Made by a program: the position numbers and the translations under genes | Notes under the pieces: generated by a model | The model's database searches: none | What the model was told of the DNA's origin: nothing | What the model saw: only the letters and a program-made list of their open reading frames with translations | Assembly (NCBI GenBank): GCA_044221725.1 | Contig: JBGAON010000002.1 | Coordinates: 352,001 to 416,000 of the forward strand | DNA length: 64,000 bases | From: Elusimicrobiota bacterium | GTDB lineage: Bacteria; Elusimicrobiota; Elusimicrobia; F11 | Direction: 5' to 3' | Shown: piece by piece, positions 28,098-37,618 of the stretch | Position numbering within the stretch: position 1 is the first letter of the stretch | Layout: each line of letters starts with the position of its first letter

Positions 28098-29434
28098 AAC
28101 GAGCAATATTTGTTGCGTTGGGGTTTCTTGTTTTACCTCTGCGTGCGGAAGTAACCATGGATCAAGTTCGAGACGAGGTGCAGCGGCAGCTTCAGACTTC
28201 GAACGCGAAAGATTCGGTTGCCACACCGCCCATAGAGAAAAAGAAAATTGATTTCTCCTCCGGCAATGGAATTTCGCTTGCCGAAGGACCCAATGGCTCA
28301 ATGAAACTAACGCTGTACATGATGATGCGTTACCTGAATCAACTTCCGGCCACTCAAACGTACCGTGACCATTTGGGCAATCAACGAAATATCGACACCG
28401 CCAATTACTTTTCGGTTCCGCATCGGGTGCTTATGAGTTTGATGGGTTTTATTTACGATCCGCGATTTAATTATCAAGTGACGTATTGGACCGTGAACGC
28501 CACAGACAAAGTGGCGATCATCGGGAATTTTTCTTGGACTTTTTCGAGAAAATTGTCGCTTTTTGCTGGGGTCGGATCCTTGCCTGGCATTCGTACGCTT
28601 ACGTACAACCATCCCTATTGGCTCGGTACCGATCGAAACATGGCCGAAGAATTTTTTCGTCCAGGATTTACGCAAGGTGTGTGGGCGACAGGCGAGGCTG
28701 CGCCGGGTGTGAATTACGATGTGATGCTCGGTAACAACCTCACGACGCTCAACGTAAATGCCACCGAAGATTCGCGCGATTTCGCTGCGAGTGGCAGCAT
28801 TTGGTGGATGCCGACCACACACGAGTTTGGACCAAAAGGTGGCAACGGAGACTTTGAAGAACATCAAAAACTTGCCACGCGGTTTGGTGTTGCGTACACC
28901 CAAGCCAATCAGAATCGTGCCACTTCAACGACCAATCAAGCGCCCGATTCCACGCAAATCCGCATGGCCGACAGTTTGCTTCCATTTGACACTGGCGCAA
29001 TCGCGCCAGGTGTCACCGTTCAGAACTTGAAATACCAGATGGGCGCCACCGATGTCGGATTTAAGTACCACGGATGGCACGTGCAAGGCGAAGGTTATTG
29101 GCGACGATTAAGTGATTTCGATGCGGATGGCGCAATTCCGTTCACGTCGGTTGTGGACACAGGATTTTTCACGCACGTGGCCAAAATGATCAAACCAAAA
29201 AAGCTTGAACTTTATTTGAGCACATCGTTTGTGTTCGCGGATAAAAAAGCCGGTTATGGCGACAGCCGTGAACTGATCGAAGGTATCAATTGGTTTATGT
29301 TTGGCCACCGCAATTGCCGAATGAACCTGCACGTGATCGAAATCGATCGTTCTCCGACGGCATCGGTGTTTGGTTACTACGTAGGCGGACAGAGAGGAAC
29401 CACGGTTTCCGCGAGTTGGTTGATTAATTTTTAA
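28094..29434 (+). CDS. Outer-membrane porin-like beta-barrel
   Basis: TTG start after AAGGAG; signal peptide; many amphipathic strands; terminal SWLINF. Confidence 0.75.
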   Translation: MKRAIFVALGFLVLPLRAEVTMDQVRDEVQRQLQTSNAKDSVATPPIEKKKIDFSSGNGISLAEGPNGSMKLTLYMMMRYLNQLPATQTYRDHLGNQRNIDTANYFSVPHRVLMSLMGFIYDPRFNYQVTYWTVNATDKVAIIGNFSWTFSRKLSLFAGVGSLPGIRTLTYNHPYWLGTDRNMAEEFFRPGFTQGVWATGEAAPGVNYDVMLGNNLTTLNVNATEDSRDFAASGSIWWMPTTHEFGPKGGNGDFEEHQKLATRFGVAYTQANQNRATSTTNQAPDSTQIRMADSLLPFDTGAIAPGVTVQNLKYQMGATDVGFKYHGWHVQGEGYWRRLSDFDADGAIPFTSVVDTGFFTHVAKMIKPKKLELYLSTSFVFADKKAGYGDSRELIEGINWFMFGHRNCRMNLHVIEIDRSPTASVFGYYVGGQRGTTVSASWLINF

Positions 29435-29447
29435 CAGGGGGTACTTC

Positions 29448-29677
29448 ATGATGAAAAAGTTTGCCGCGGCGGCGTTCGCGGTGTTTCTCGTAACGCCAAT
29501 GATGCATGCTGAAACGAAGATGCGTACCGAGAAGATTGGCGAACGACGCCGGGCGTGATTTGGTATCTCAATAATATTTTCCGAGCCGAAGCGAATTACG
29601 GTTACGGAACACTGGACCGTTTCGGAATTAAGGGCGGCACTCAATTCTTCCAGTGCCGACTTCAGATTTGGATTTAA
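29448..29677 (+). pseudogene. Internally deleted OprO/OprP-like porin remnant
   Basis: RBS plus signal-peptide ORF 29448-29558, then an out-of-frame porin-like C-terminus WRTTPGVIWYLNNIFRAEANYGYGTLDRFGIKGGTQFFQCRLQIWI* (29537-29677). Confidence 0.72.
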
Positions 29678-29703
29678 ACCAAGCAATGGGGAGTCTTTAG
29701 AAT

Positions 29704-32070
29704 ATGAACAAACGCAATTCCGAAAAACGAATTCTTAGTCTAATTCTTATCAGTCTGATCGCAACAACTTCTGTCTTCCAGGGAAATCTTGCGCGTGCGG
29801 CTGAAATTGATCGCACCGTGCTTCCCATTGCCGAGCCGACGCCACCCGTGATCAAAGAGATGGACGCGCGAAAAGCGAAAGCGCCGCAACGACTTGCAGT
29901 GACAGCGCCACAAGGCGCCCCGAACGTGGTTGTTGTCCTCATCGATGATATGGGGTTCGGACATAGCAGCGCGTTTGGTGGACCCATTCATATGCCCACG
30001 CTCGAAAAATTGGCAGCGAGCGGACTTAAATACAACCGATTCCACACGACGGCGCTTTGCAGTCCCACGCGCACCGCGCTTCTCACGGGGCGCAACCATC
30101 ATGTGAATAACGCAGGCGCCATCATGGAATTGGCCACGGGTTTTCCTGGAAACACCGGCATTCGTCCGCAATCGGTAACTCCGCTCGCACAAATTCTTCG
30201 TATGAACGGTTACAGCACGGCCGCGTTCGGAAAGTATCACGAAACACCGCCGTGGGAAGTTTCGGTGTCGGGGCCTTACGATCGTTGGCCGACGGGTTCC
30301 GGCTTCGATAAGTTTTATGGATTTATTGGCGGGGAAACGAACCAATGGGCTCCCGCTATTTATGACGGCGTCGCGCGTGTCGAGCCGCCACAAACGCCCG
30401 GTTATCATTTCACGACCGACATGACGAACAAAGCCATCGAGTGGATCAGTGCGCAACAGGCGCTCACGCCGAGCAAACCTTTCTATGTCTATTTCGCGCC
30501 GGGCGCCACGCACGCGCCGCACCATGTCGCGAAAGAGTGGATTGATAAATACAAAGGTCAGTTTTCGCAGGGCTGGGATAAATTGCGCGAAGAAACGCTG
30601 GCGCGTCAAAAAAAGTTGGGTGTGGTACCCTCGGACGCGGAGTTAACGAAGCGGCCGAAGGAAATTCCGGCGTGGGACGATATGACCGCGCAGCAGAAAA
30701 AACTTTTCGAACGGCAGATGGAAACGTACGCCGGTTTTGGGGAACAGACCGATTATGAAGTCGGCCGGCTCGTTTCTCAGCTGGAGACAATGGGTGTTCT
30801 CGATAACACAATTTTCTTCTACATCGTCGGAGACAACGGAGCGAGCGCTGAAGGGGGACCCGAAGGCACCTACAACGAAATGATGGCGTTGAACGGCATC
30901 GTTGGCAAAGCCGATCAAATGATGAATCACATCGACGATTGGGGAGGGCCCACAACGTTTCCACATTTTGCGATCGGTTGGGCTTGGGCCGGCAACGCAC
31001 CATTTCAGTGGACCAAGCAGGTCGCGAGCCATTTTGGTGGCACGCGCAACGGATTGGTTTTGCATTGGCCCAAAGGTTTCAAATCAAAGAATGAAATCCG
31101 AAGTCAATTCCATCATGTGATCGATGTGGCGCCCACCGTTTTGGAAGCCGCCAAAATTCCGGAACCGGTGATGGTGAATGGGGTGAAGCAGCGACCGATG
31201 GATGGTGTTTCCATGCTTTACTCAACGGACAATCCGAGCGCAAAAGATCGCCGCACAACGCAGTATTTTGAAATGTTTGGAAACCGCGGTATTTATCACA
31301 ACGGCTGGGTCGCGTGCACGCGCCATTCGACTCCATGGGTGATGGCGCCACTTCCACCGTTAGAAAATGATGTGTGGGAGCTTTACAATGTGGATCAAGA
31401 CTTTAGCGAGGCGCACAATTTGGCAAAAGAAAATCCGGCCAAGTTGAAAGAACTGCAGGACGTGTTTGCTAAAGAAGCCATTCGTAACGACGTTTTTCCA
31501 ATCGATGATCGACGATCGGAAAGATTTAACCCGGAGATTGCGGGCCGGCCTGATCTTCTCAATGGGCGAAAGACACTTACGGTTTACGAAGGCATGACCG
31601 GAATGATGGAAAACGCGTTCATTAACGTGAAAGGCGTGCATCACACCGTTACCGCAGAAGTGGAGCTTAAAAATTCAAAAACCGATGGTGTGATCATTGC
31701 GCAAGCAGGATATTTCGGCGGCTGGACAATTTATATGAAGGCCGGAAAAGTGCATCACGAATACAACTTCTTCGCCATTGAGCGAACCAATATTTCTGGC
31801 CCCGCGGCTCTTTCGCCGGGCAAACATTCGATCGTGTACGAATTCATCCCGGAAGAAGCAAAACCCGGCACCGGAGGAAAATCAATTCTTTCTGTGGACG
31901 GAAAGAAAGTGGCGGAGGCTCGCATTCCCAAAACGCAGCCTTATGCATTTTCAGGAGATGAAGGGGCCGATGTGGGAGTTGATCTCGAAACGAATGTGTC
32001 GCCCGACTATAAGTCGGTGAATAATCGTTTCACTGGAAAAATTGTGCGAGTGACCGTGGAGCGAAAATAA
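29704..32070 (+). CDS. Arylsulfatase (Cys-type) with C-terminal LamG-like extension
   Basis: PNVVVVLIDDMGFG, CSPTRTALLTGR, GKYH, HAPH, DNG, WELY; signal peptide. Confidence 0.95.
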   Translation: MNKRNSEKRILSLILISLIATTSVFQGNLARAAEIDRTVLPIAEPTPPVIKEMDARKAKAPQRLAVTAPQGAPNVVVVLIDDMGFGHSSAFGGPIHMPTLEKLAASGLKYNRFHTTALCSPTRTALLTGRNHHVNNAGAIMELATGFPGNTGIRPQSVTPLAQILRMNGYSTAAFGKYHETPPWEVSVSGPYDRWPTGSGFDKFYGFIGGETNQWAPAIYDGVARVEPPQTPGYHFTTDMTNKAIEWISAQQALTPSKPFYVYFAPGATHAPHHVAKEWIDKYKGQFSQGWDKLREETLARQKKLGVVPSDAELTKRPKEIPAWDDMTAQQKKLFERQMETYAGFGEQTDYEVGRLVSQLETMGVLDNTIFFYIVGDNGASAEGGPEGTYNEMMALNGIVGKADQMMNHIDDWGGPTTFPHFAIGWAWAGNAPFQWTKQVASHFGGTRNGLVLHWPKGFKSKNEIRSQFHHVIDVAPTVLEAAKIPEPVMVNGVKQRPMDGVSMLYSTDNPSAKDRRTTQYFEMFGNRGIYHNGWVACTRHSTPWVMAPLPPLENDVWELYNVDQDFSEAHNLAKENPAKLKELQDVFAKEAIRNDVFPIDDRRSERFNPEIAGRPDLLNGRKTLTVYEGMTGMMENAFINVKGVHHTVTAEVELKNSKTDGVIIAQAGYFGGWTIYMKAGKVHHEYNFFAIERTNISGPAALSPGKHSIVYEFIPEEAKPGTGGKSILSVDGKKVAEARIPKTQPYAFSGDEGADVGVDLETNVSPDYKSVNNRFTGKIVRVTVERK

Positions 32071-33122
32071 TGAAAAAAATTATTGCTGGATTTATCGTTG
32101 TTCTCGGAGTTGCAACCATCGGGTTCGCACGAACCAACGAATTTGTTGCGAACGATTCTCATTTCCACTTAACGAATTACATTCAAGAAGGAACCGATAT
32201 TCATGACTTCTTGAAGATAATGGGCAACAAAGTTGGCCGTGTAGCGCTGTTTGGAATTCCGCTGCAGCAACAATGGTCGGCGCGAGTGTCCGGAACCGAG
32301 CAAGCCCCGCAATATTATCTTCAGACAGACGCTCCTCTTTATTATTACTCGTTCACCGACGCGCAGATTGCAATGGCGTACCGCTCACTGAAACCGTCCG
32401 AAAAAGCGCGTTTCGATCCCATGATCACAGGTTTTAATCCAACCGACATGTATGCGGCCGACCACATTCGCCGTGTGCTGAAAACTTTTCCGGGCGTGTT
32501 CTCTGGGATTGGAGAATTCACGATTCACAAAGAATTTGTCTCCTCAAAAATCGCAGGAGAAGTTGCGAGTCTGACCGATCCTGCGCTCGACCGTGTTTTG
32601 CAATTTGCTGGCGATGTGGGTCTGGCCGTTATTATGCACAACGATATCGATACGCCATTTCCAAAAAATGGGGCCGAACCAGTGTATTTCACGCAGGTGA
32701 AGGAGCTTTTCAAGCGTCATCCAAAGACAACGATCATTTGGGCGCACACCGGATTGGGACGGATTATTCATCCGGTGAAAAACCACGCGGCAGTTCTTGA
32801 AACAATTCTTTCCGATCCGGCGATGTCGCACGTGAACTTCGATATTTCTTGGGACGAAGTGGCAAAGTACATCGTCTCGTCGCCGGAAGCGATAAAAATT
32901 ACTGCGGATCTCATCAATAAGTATCCGGATCGCTTTTTGTTTGGCACCGATGAGGTCGCACCGAAAACGCAGGAAGGCTACTTGAAAGTTTACGAACAAT
33001 ACCAACCTCTTTGGGCAGCGCTTACGGCAGAGGCCTCTCAAAAAGTGCGCTTGAAGAATTACGAGCGGATTTTCGATGCGGCACGGCGGCGTGTTCGTGG
33101 GTGGGAAAAAGCGAATCAGTAA
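32070..33122 (+). CDS. Exported amidohydrolase-family (TIM-barrel) metalloenzyme
   Basis: DSHFH, GIGE, HND, WAHTG, DISW, LFGTD; signal peptide. Confidence 0.88.
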   Translation: MKKIIAGFIVVLGVATIGFARTNEFVANDSHFHLTNYIQEGTDIHDFLKIMGNKVGRVALFGIPLQQQWSARVSGTEQAPQYYLQTDAPLYYYSFTDAQIAMAYRSLKPSEKARFDPMITGFNPTDMYAADHIRRVLKTFPGVFSGIGEFTIHKEFVSSKIAGEVASLTDPALDRVLQFAGDVGLAVIMHNDIDTPFPKNGAEPVYFTQVKELFKRHPKTTIIWAHTGLGRIIHPVKNHAAVLETILSDPAMSHVNFDISWDEVAKYIVSSPEAIKITADLINKYPDRFLFGTDEVAPKTQEGYLKVYEQYQPLWAALTAEASQKVRLKNYERIFDAARRRVRGWEKANQ

Positions 33123-33134
33123 GGAGAACATTAA

Positions 33135-34109
33135 ATGAAATTGATTCAGTTAAAAACAGTTGTGTTCGCGGGAGCTATTTCGCTCTTTGCTCTATCATTG
33201 TCCAGAGGTGAAGGGGTACCTCCGGCACCAGCGTCCGGTGCGGCGCCCACCGCGATACCGGTGGACCAAGGCAAAATGCCTTTCTCCGGAGAAGCCGACA
33301 CGTATCAACGTTCCGACCGTCGCATTTTTCCTTTAATGTCCGATAAGATGCGAGCGGGCATGGCGAAGAGGCAAAAAGAAACGCCCCCGCCTTTCGGCGT
33401 GATGTACATCACCAACTGGATGGATTCCGATTGGAAATTTCAAAGCGCCGCAGTCAATATCGACGGTTCCAATCCGGTCAGTCTCGATGCGGCGGCCGGC
33501 GCAACGATGGATTTGCAAACGCAGACGAATGGAATTAAAGCCGATCTTTGGCTCTTTCCATTTTTGGATGTGATGGCTGGTTTTGGTCACGTTGATGTTG
33601 ATGCACAACTGGGTTTGCGCAATATCCCGATAGGTTTCGATCCGGGAAGTATCGTGCCAGCACGTCCTGCCTCAGCGATTCACGGCGATGCGATCATCCC
33701 GATGAAATTTGGTGGCGATTACTATTCGTTCGGAGGAGTGTTGGCCGGTGCCTACAAAAGGCTTTATGCGGCCACCGATTTCTCTTGGGTTAAAACGAAA
33801 CTTCAAGGCAATGCAAGTTTATCAGCGGATGGTTTTTGGACTTTTACCGCCGCTCCGAAGATCGGTTACAACGCGGGACTCTCACAAGTGTATGTGGGCG
33901 CGCGTTACATTTCGAAAAACGAGCGCTACAAGGGTACCGTTGCGCTTCCCTCGGGAAACAATTTGGGATTTGACGTAGCCATCAAAACAGATTCGTGGGT
34001 TGGTAATTTTGGCTTACGGACCGTGATTCGGAAGCACTGGGAAATCCTCATGGAAAGTGCTCTCGGTAAGCGCTATCAGATCACAGGCGGAATTGGATAC
34101 CGGTGGTAA
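33135..34109 (+). CDS. Outer-membrane beta-barrel protein
   Basis: Signal peptide; PPPFGV, KADLWLFPFL.V; terminal GIGYRW. Confidence 0.75.
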   Translation: MKLIQLKTVVFAGAISLFALSLSRGEGVPPAPASGAAPTAIPVDQGKMPFSGEADTYQRSDRRIFPLMSDKMRAGMAKRQKETPPPFGVMYITNWMDSDWKFQSAAVNIDGSNPVSLDAAAGATMDLQTQTNGIKADLWLFPFLDVMAGFGHVDVDAQLGLRNIPIGFDPGSIVPARPASAIHGDAIIPMKFGGDYYSFGGVLAGAYKRLYAATDFSWVKTKLQGNASLSADGFWTFTAAPKIGYNAGLSQVYVGARYISKNERYKGTVALPSGNNLGFDVAIKTDSWVGNFGLRTVIRKHWEILMESALGKRYQITGGIGYRW

Positions 34110-34684
34110 ATCGATTTTCGCTCGCGTTTGGAGTCCTTTTGTTGGTTGGCTGCGCCACCATCCCGGGAAAGACGCGGGACGAGCAAGTCATTACAATCGA
34201 CAATCTTGTGGAGCGAACTCTATTTGATCTCGAATCAAAACAACCCGCCGCGAAACAAGAATTAAAAGATTCGGTCGGATACGTGATTATGTCGAACAAG
34301 ATTACGAAGATTCCTGCTTTTGGTGCGGGTGGTGGCTACGGTGTGGCGATTGATAATAAAACGCAACAACGAACATATCTCCGCATGAGCCGCTTCGACA
34401 TCGGCGCCGGATGGGGGGCGCGCAGTGTGCGGCCGGTGGCCATTTTCCAAGACAAAAAGAAGTTCGAAGAGTTTATCGACGGGGCGTTCGAGGTAAAGAT
34501 GGGCGCCGAAGCTTCCGCTAAAGTTGGAGATGCTGGCGCCGCCGGAGGCGCGGGTGGCAGAGACATAGACGCCAAGGCGAAGGGATATACGTCGTATCTT
34601 TTAACCGATGCCGGCGTCTCGGCGACCGCGTCGTTGGCAATAATTCGTGTGAAGCCGGTGAAACTAAAACATGAAAAGAGATAG
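34103..34684 (+). CDS. YSC84/SYLF-like lipoprotein
   Basis: Lipobox LVGC; GY.I, G.G.GYG, TYL.M....G.G.G. Confidence 0.78.
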   Translation: MVNRFSLAFGVLLLVGCATIPGKTRDEQVITIDNLVERTLFDLESKQPAAKQELKDSVGYVIMSNKITKIPAFGAGGGYGVAIDNKTQQRTYLRMSRFDIGAGWGARSVRPVAIFQDKKKFEEFIDGAFEVKMGAEASAKVGDAGAAGGAGGRDIDAKAKGYTSYLLTDAGVSATASLAIIRVKPVKLKHEKR

Positions 34685-36329
34685 TCGCATAAACAGGTTC
34701 GTGCTCGCGATTCTGCTCGCTGTGGGCGCAAGGGGCTTAATAACCGCGGCTAATGATTCAACTGTTCGGTCCACGAACGATGACCATATCATTGAAACAG
34801 AGGTTGTTCGATTGGATGGAGAGCCTCTCTTTCGCGTGCGCGGAATGGTTGGTTACTCGGCAGAAGAGAGGGCCGACACGATCAGCAAACGTTTGGAAGA
34901 CGTCGCCGAAAGCGTTGATATTTTACCGAACGCCCTGACGTTAGAGGAATTGCCGGATCGAACGAACATCATGGCCGGTGACCAATTCTTGGTCAGTATT
35001 TTCGATTCCGATGCGGGCACGGAGAAAGTGCCACGCTCGGTGATGGCCAGTCGCGCGCGTCTCAATGTGGTTCGGGCCATTGAAAAGTACCGAGAAGATC
35101 GCAAGGCTTCTGTTTTGCTGCGACGTACCGGTATTGCCCTCGTGGCCACTCTGGTTTTTCTGTTTGTGCTTCTTGGTTTCCAGAAAATTTTCGGCGGCAT
35201 CATAAAGATGGCCGAACGCCACGTGAAGACACGCGTGGAGGAACTCGAAACACGTTCGTCCAAAGCGGTGGAGGCGCGACCCTTGTGGGCGACCGTCATG
35301 GGCGTGCTGGGGATTCTTCGGACGATCGTTTTAATCGTCATTTTTTATTTTTATTTGAATTTGATTCTCGGTCTTTACCCGTGGACGCGGCCGTTGGCAA
35401 CGCATCTTTTTGAGATCTTTATTTCACCGCTTCGCACGCTGTTCCGAGGATTTATCAATTCGGTTCCGGATTTCGCGTTTCTCAGTATTCTCTATTTTGT
35501 TGTTCGTTACCTGCTCAAAGTGACGCGGCTGTTTTTTATGGGGATTGATAACGGTACCATTACCATCAATGAATTCGAGCAAGATTGGGCGTGGCCAACC
35601 TATCGTATCGTTCGAATCTTGATAATTTGTTTCTCACTCGTCGTGGCGTACCCGTATATTCCCGGATCCAATTCCGATGCGTTCAAAGGGGTTTCTTTGT
35701 TTGTGGGCGTTTTGTTCTCTCTCGGATCGACGTCGTTTATTTCCAATATGATTGCGGGCATCGCGCTTACCTACCGTCGCGCATTTAAAGTCGGCGATAT
35801 CATTAAAGTGGACAATATGATGGGGCTTGTTACCGAAATGCGAATTCAGGCCACGCATTTGCGAACCATCCACAACGAAGCTGTCATTATTCCGAACACA
35901 TTGATTGTGAATAGCAACATTACAAATCACAGCATTCTTGCAAAGAAAGATGGTATCGGTTTGCACACGACGGTTCGAATTGGCTACCAAACGCCATGGC
36001 GGCAAGTGGAAGCGATGTTGCTGATCGCGGCCGACCGCACCGCTGGTTTGCGTAACGACAAGAAAGCGTTTGTTCGTCAGCTTTCGCTGGATGAGTTCGG
36101 AGTGCTGTACGAACTCACCGCCTATTGCGATCAGCCGCTCAAAATGATCTGGCTTTACAGTGATCTGCACAAGAACATTCTCGATGTGTTCAATGAGTAC
36201 GGAGTTCAAATTATGACGCCGGCCTACGAAGGGGACCCCGAAGCACCAAAGGTGGTGGGAAAAGACAAAATGTTTGCGGCGCCGGCAAAGAAGGACACTC
36301 CCAACGCAGCTCCTTCTCAACAGTCCTGA
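34671..36329 (+). CDS. MscS mechanosensitive channel with periplasmic N-domain
   Basis: SLGS...ISN.IAG, FKVGD.I, IIPN, IGY..PW..V, DVFNEYGVQIMTPAY. Confidence 0.92.
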   Translation: MKRDSRINRFVLAILLAVGARGLITAANDSTVRSTNDDHIIETEVVRLDGEPLFRVRGMVGYSAEERADTISKRLEDVAESVDILPNALTLEELPDRTNIMAGDQFLVSIFDSDAGTEKVPRSVMASRARLNVVRAIEKYREDRKASVLLRRTGIALVATLVFLFVLLGFQKIFGGIIKMAERHVKTRVEELETRSSKAVEARPLWATVMGVLGILRTIVLIVIFYFYLNLILGLYPWTRPLATHLFEIFISPLRTLFRGFINSVPDFAFLSILYFVVRYLLKVTRLFFMGIDNGTITINEFEQDWAWPTYRIVRILIICFSLVVAYPYIPGSNSDAFKGVSLFVGVLFSLGSTSFISNMIAGIALTYRRAFKVGDIIKVDNMMGLVTEMRIQATHLRTIHNEAVIIPNTLIVNSNITNHSILAKKDGIGLHTTVRIGYQTPWRQVEAMLLIAADRTAGLRNDKKAFVRQLSLDEFGVLYELTAYCDQPLKMIWLYSDLHKNILDVFNEYGVQIMTPAYEGDPEAPKVVGKDKMFAAPAKKDTPNAAPSQQS

Positions 36330-36338
36330 GGGCATCGA

Positions 36339-36764
36339 GTGTTTTGGTTGCTTTTTATCGTTCAGACGGTTGGCGCCTGCATCATGTTGTGGAAAGGTGT
36401 TCCTTTTTATAGGGATTTTATGGATCCCAATGTTCAACCTGGGGCTCCAACATTTGTTTGGGCATTGTTGGTGGTGATATTGATTCAGCCGGCATTTTGG
36501 TGGGGGCGCGTGCACATGCCGGAGCTCCGTCCACCGAGCACGTCACGGAGTTTGGTCGGACATCTTGTATTGTTCGTCGGTCGTTTGATTTTTGTTTTTG
36601 TGGGTGGGCTTTTTTCGGCGTACTTTTATATGCAAAAGGCGCAGCTGGAAATTGGCTTCGGGATTTTGATGTTGATTGTTATTTTGTTCTCAATGTTTTG
36701 TTACACGCTTGAACTCGAGCGGCTGGGAAAAAATCTGATTGGGGAAAACAAAAGTGAAAATTAG
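36339..36764 (+). CDS. Hypothetical 4-TM membrane protein
   Basis: GTG start; four hydrophobic segments; co-directional and tightly packed. Confidence 0.7.
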   Translation: MFWLLFIVQTVGACIMLWKGVPFYRDFMDPNVQPGAPTFVWALLVVILIQPAFWWGRVHMPELRPPSTSRSLVGHLVLFVGRLIFVFVGGLFSAYFYMQKAQLEIGFGILMLIVILFSMFCYTLELERLGKNLIGENKSEN

Positions 36765-37122
36765 ATCTTTGGTAATTTTATCTCTGTTGGCACCGGCACT
36801 TTCATGGGCACGGCCTTATCACGAGTCGCCCAAAGGTCCGTGTGAGCAAGAATTGGAAACCTATTGTTCGCAAGTTCATCCGGGCCAAGGCCGCACCGCG
36901 GATTGTTTGAAACGCTATGAAGATTCGCTGTCGCCGGAATGCAAAGAATATTTAAGGACCAACAAAACCACGATTGCTGTGTTGCAGGACACCTGTGCCG
37001 CGGATATTAACGAGTATTGCCACGATATTAAGACAAGCTACCGGCGCATTATTCGTTGCCTGGACGAACACAAAAACCAAGTGTCTCACCAATGTTACGA
37101 GCTCATTAAACCGAAAAAATAG
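36754..37122 (+). CDS. Exported cysteine-rich repeat protein, copy 2
   Basis: Likely GTG start 36754; PCEQELETYCSQVHPGQGRTADCL...LSPEC repeat, twice. Confidence 0.83.
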   Translation: MKIRSLVILSLLAPALSWARPYHESPKGPCEQELETYCSQVHPGQGRTADCLKRYEDSLSPECKEYLRTNKTTIAVLQDTCAADINEYCHDIKTSYRRIIRCLDEHKNQVSHQCYELIKPKK

Positions 37123-37137
37123 AACTTCTTCGGCGAT

Positions 37138-37167
37138 TTGACGGTTGTCGCCGTTTTCGGCTACCAT
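37138..37167 (+). promoter_or_regulatory. Putative sigma70 promoter for 37204 gene
   Basis: TTGACG-18 nt-TACCAT; RBS AGGAG downstream. Confidence 0.5.
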
Positions 37168-37203
37168 CCTGTTCCCTCCTAAACGTATCCAGGAGATCCA
37201 ACC

Positions 37204-37617
37204 ATGAAAGAGCAAAAATACGTAACCGAAAAGTTGTTTAAGAGAGAGATTAAGAAAATCCATTCGCGCTTCAAGAGTAGCGGCTCAACCTTTAAAAGTA
37301 TGGATTCTAGGTTCAAAAGTGTTGATTCGAGATTCAAAAATATTGATTTAACGTTCAAAAGTATCGATTGTAGGTTCGTGGAAATGGATCAAAAATTCAA
37401 TCGTATGGCCCTCTCTTTGATCAAAACTCAAGAGGACGTCGAAGAAATCAAACGCACCATTGCAACCCAAATGATGACCAAAGACGAATTTAATCAGGCT
37501 TTCGATCAAATGTCCCGAAAGCTGGATCTTTTTTTAAATAACACCGACATACATCGCGGCTATATTCACGATCATGAAGTTCGGATCGTTGCTCTGGAGA
37601 AACATATCAACAGTTGA
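37204..37617 (+). CDS. Coiled-coil protein with heptad (21-bp) tandem repeats
   Basis: FKS(M/V/I)DSR-type repeats; C-terminal HEVRIVALE; AT-richer than neighbours. Confidence 0.8.
   Translation: MKEQKYVTEKLFKREIKKIHSRFKSSGSTFKSMDSRFKSVDSRFKNIDLTFKSIDCRFVEMDQKFNRMALSLIKTQEDVEEIKRTIATQMMTKDEFNQAFDQMSRKLDLFLNNTDIHRGYIHDHEVRIVALEKHINS
37270..37395 (+). repeat. Six degenerate 21-bp tandem repeats
   Basis: Units TTYAARAGTRTNGATT.... starting at 37270, 37291, 37312, 37333, 37354, 37375. Confidence 0.8.
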
Positions 37618-37618
37618 T

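Noticed and set aside
37270..37395. Possible CRISPR array
   Set aside because: Contiguous degenerate 21-bp coding repeats without spacers; no cas genes
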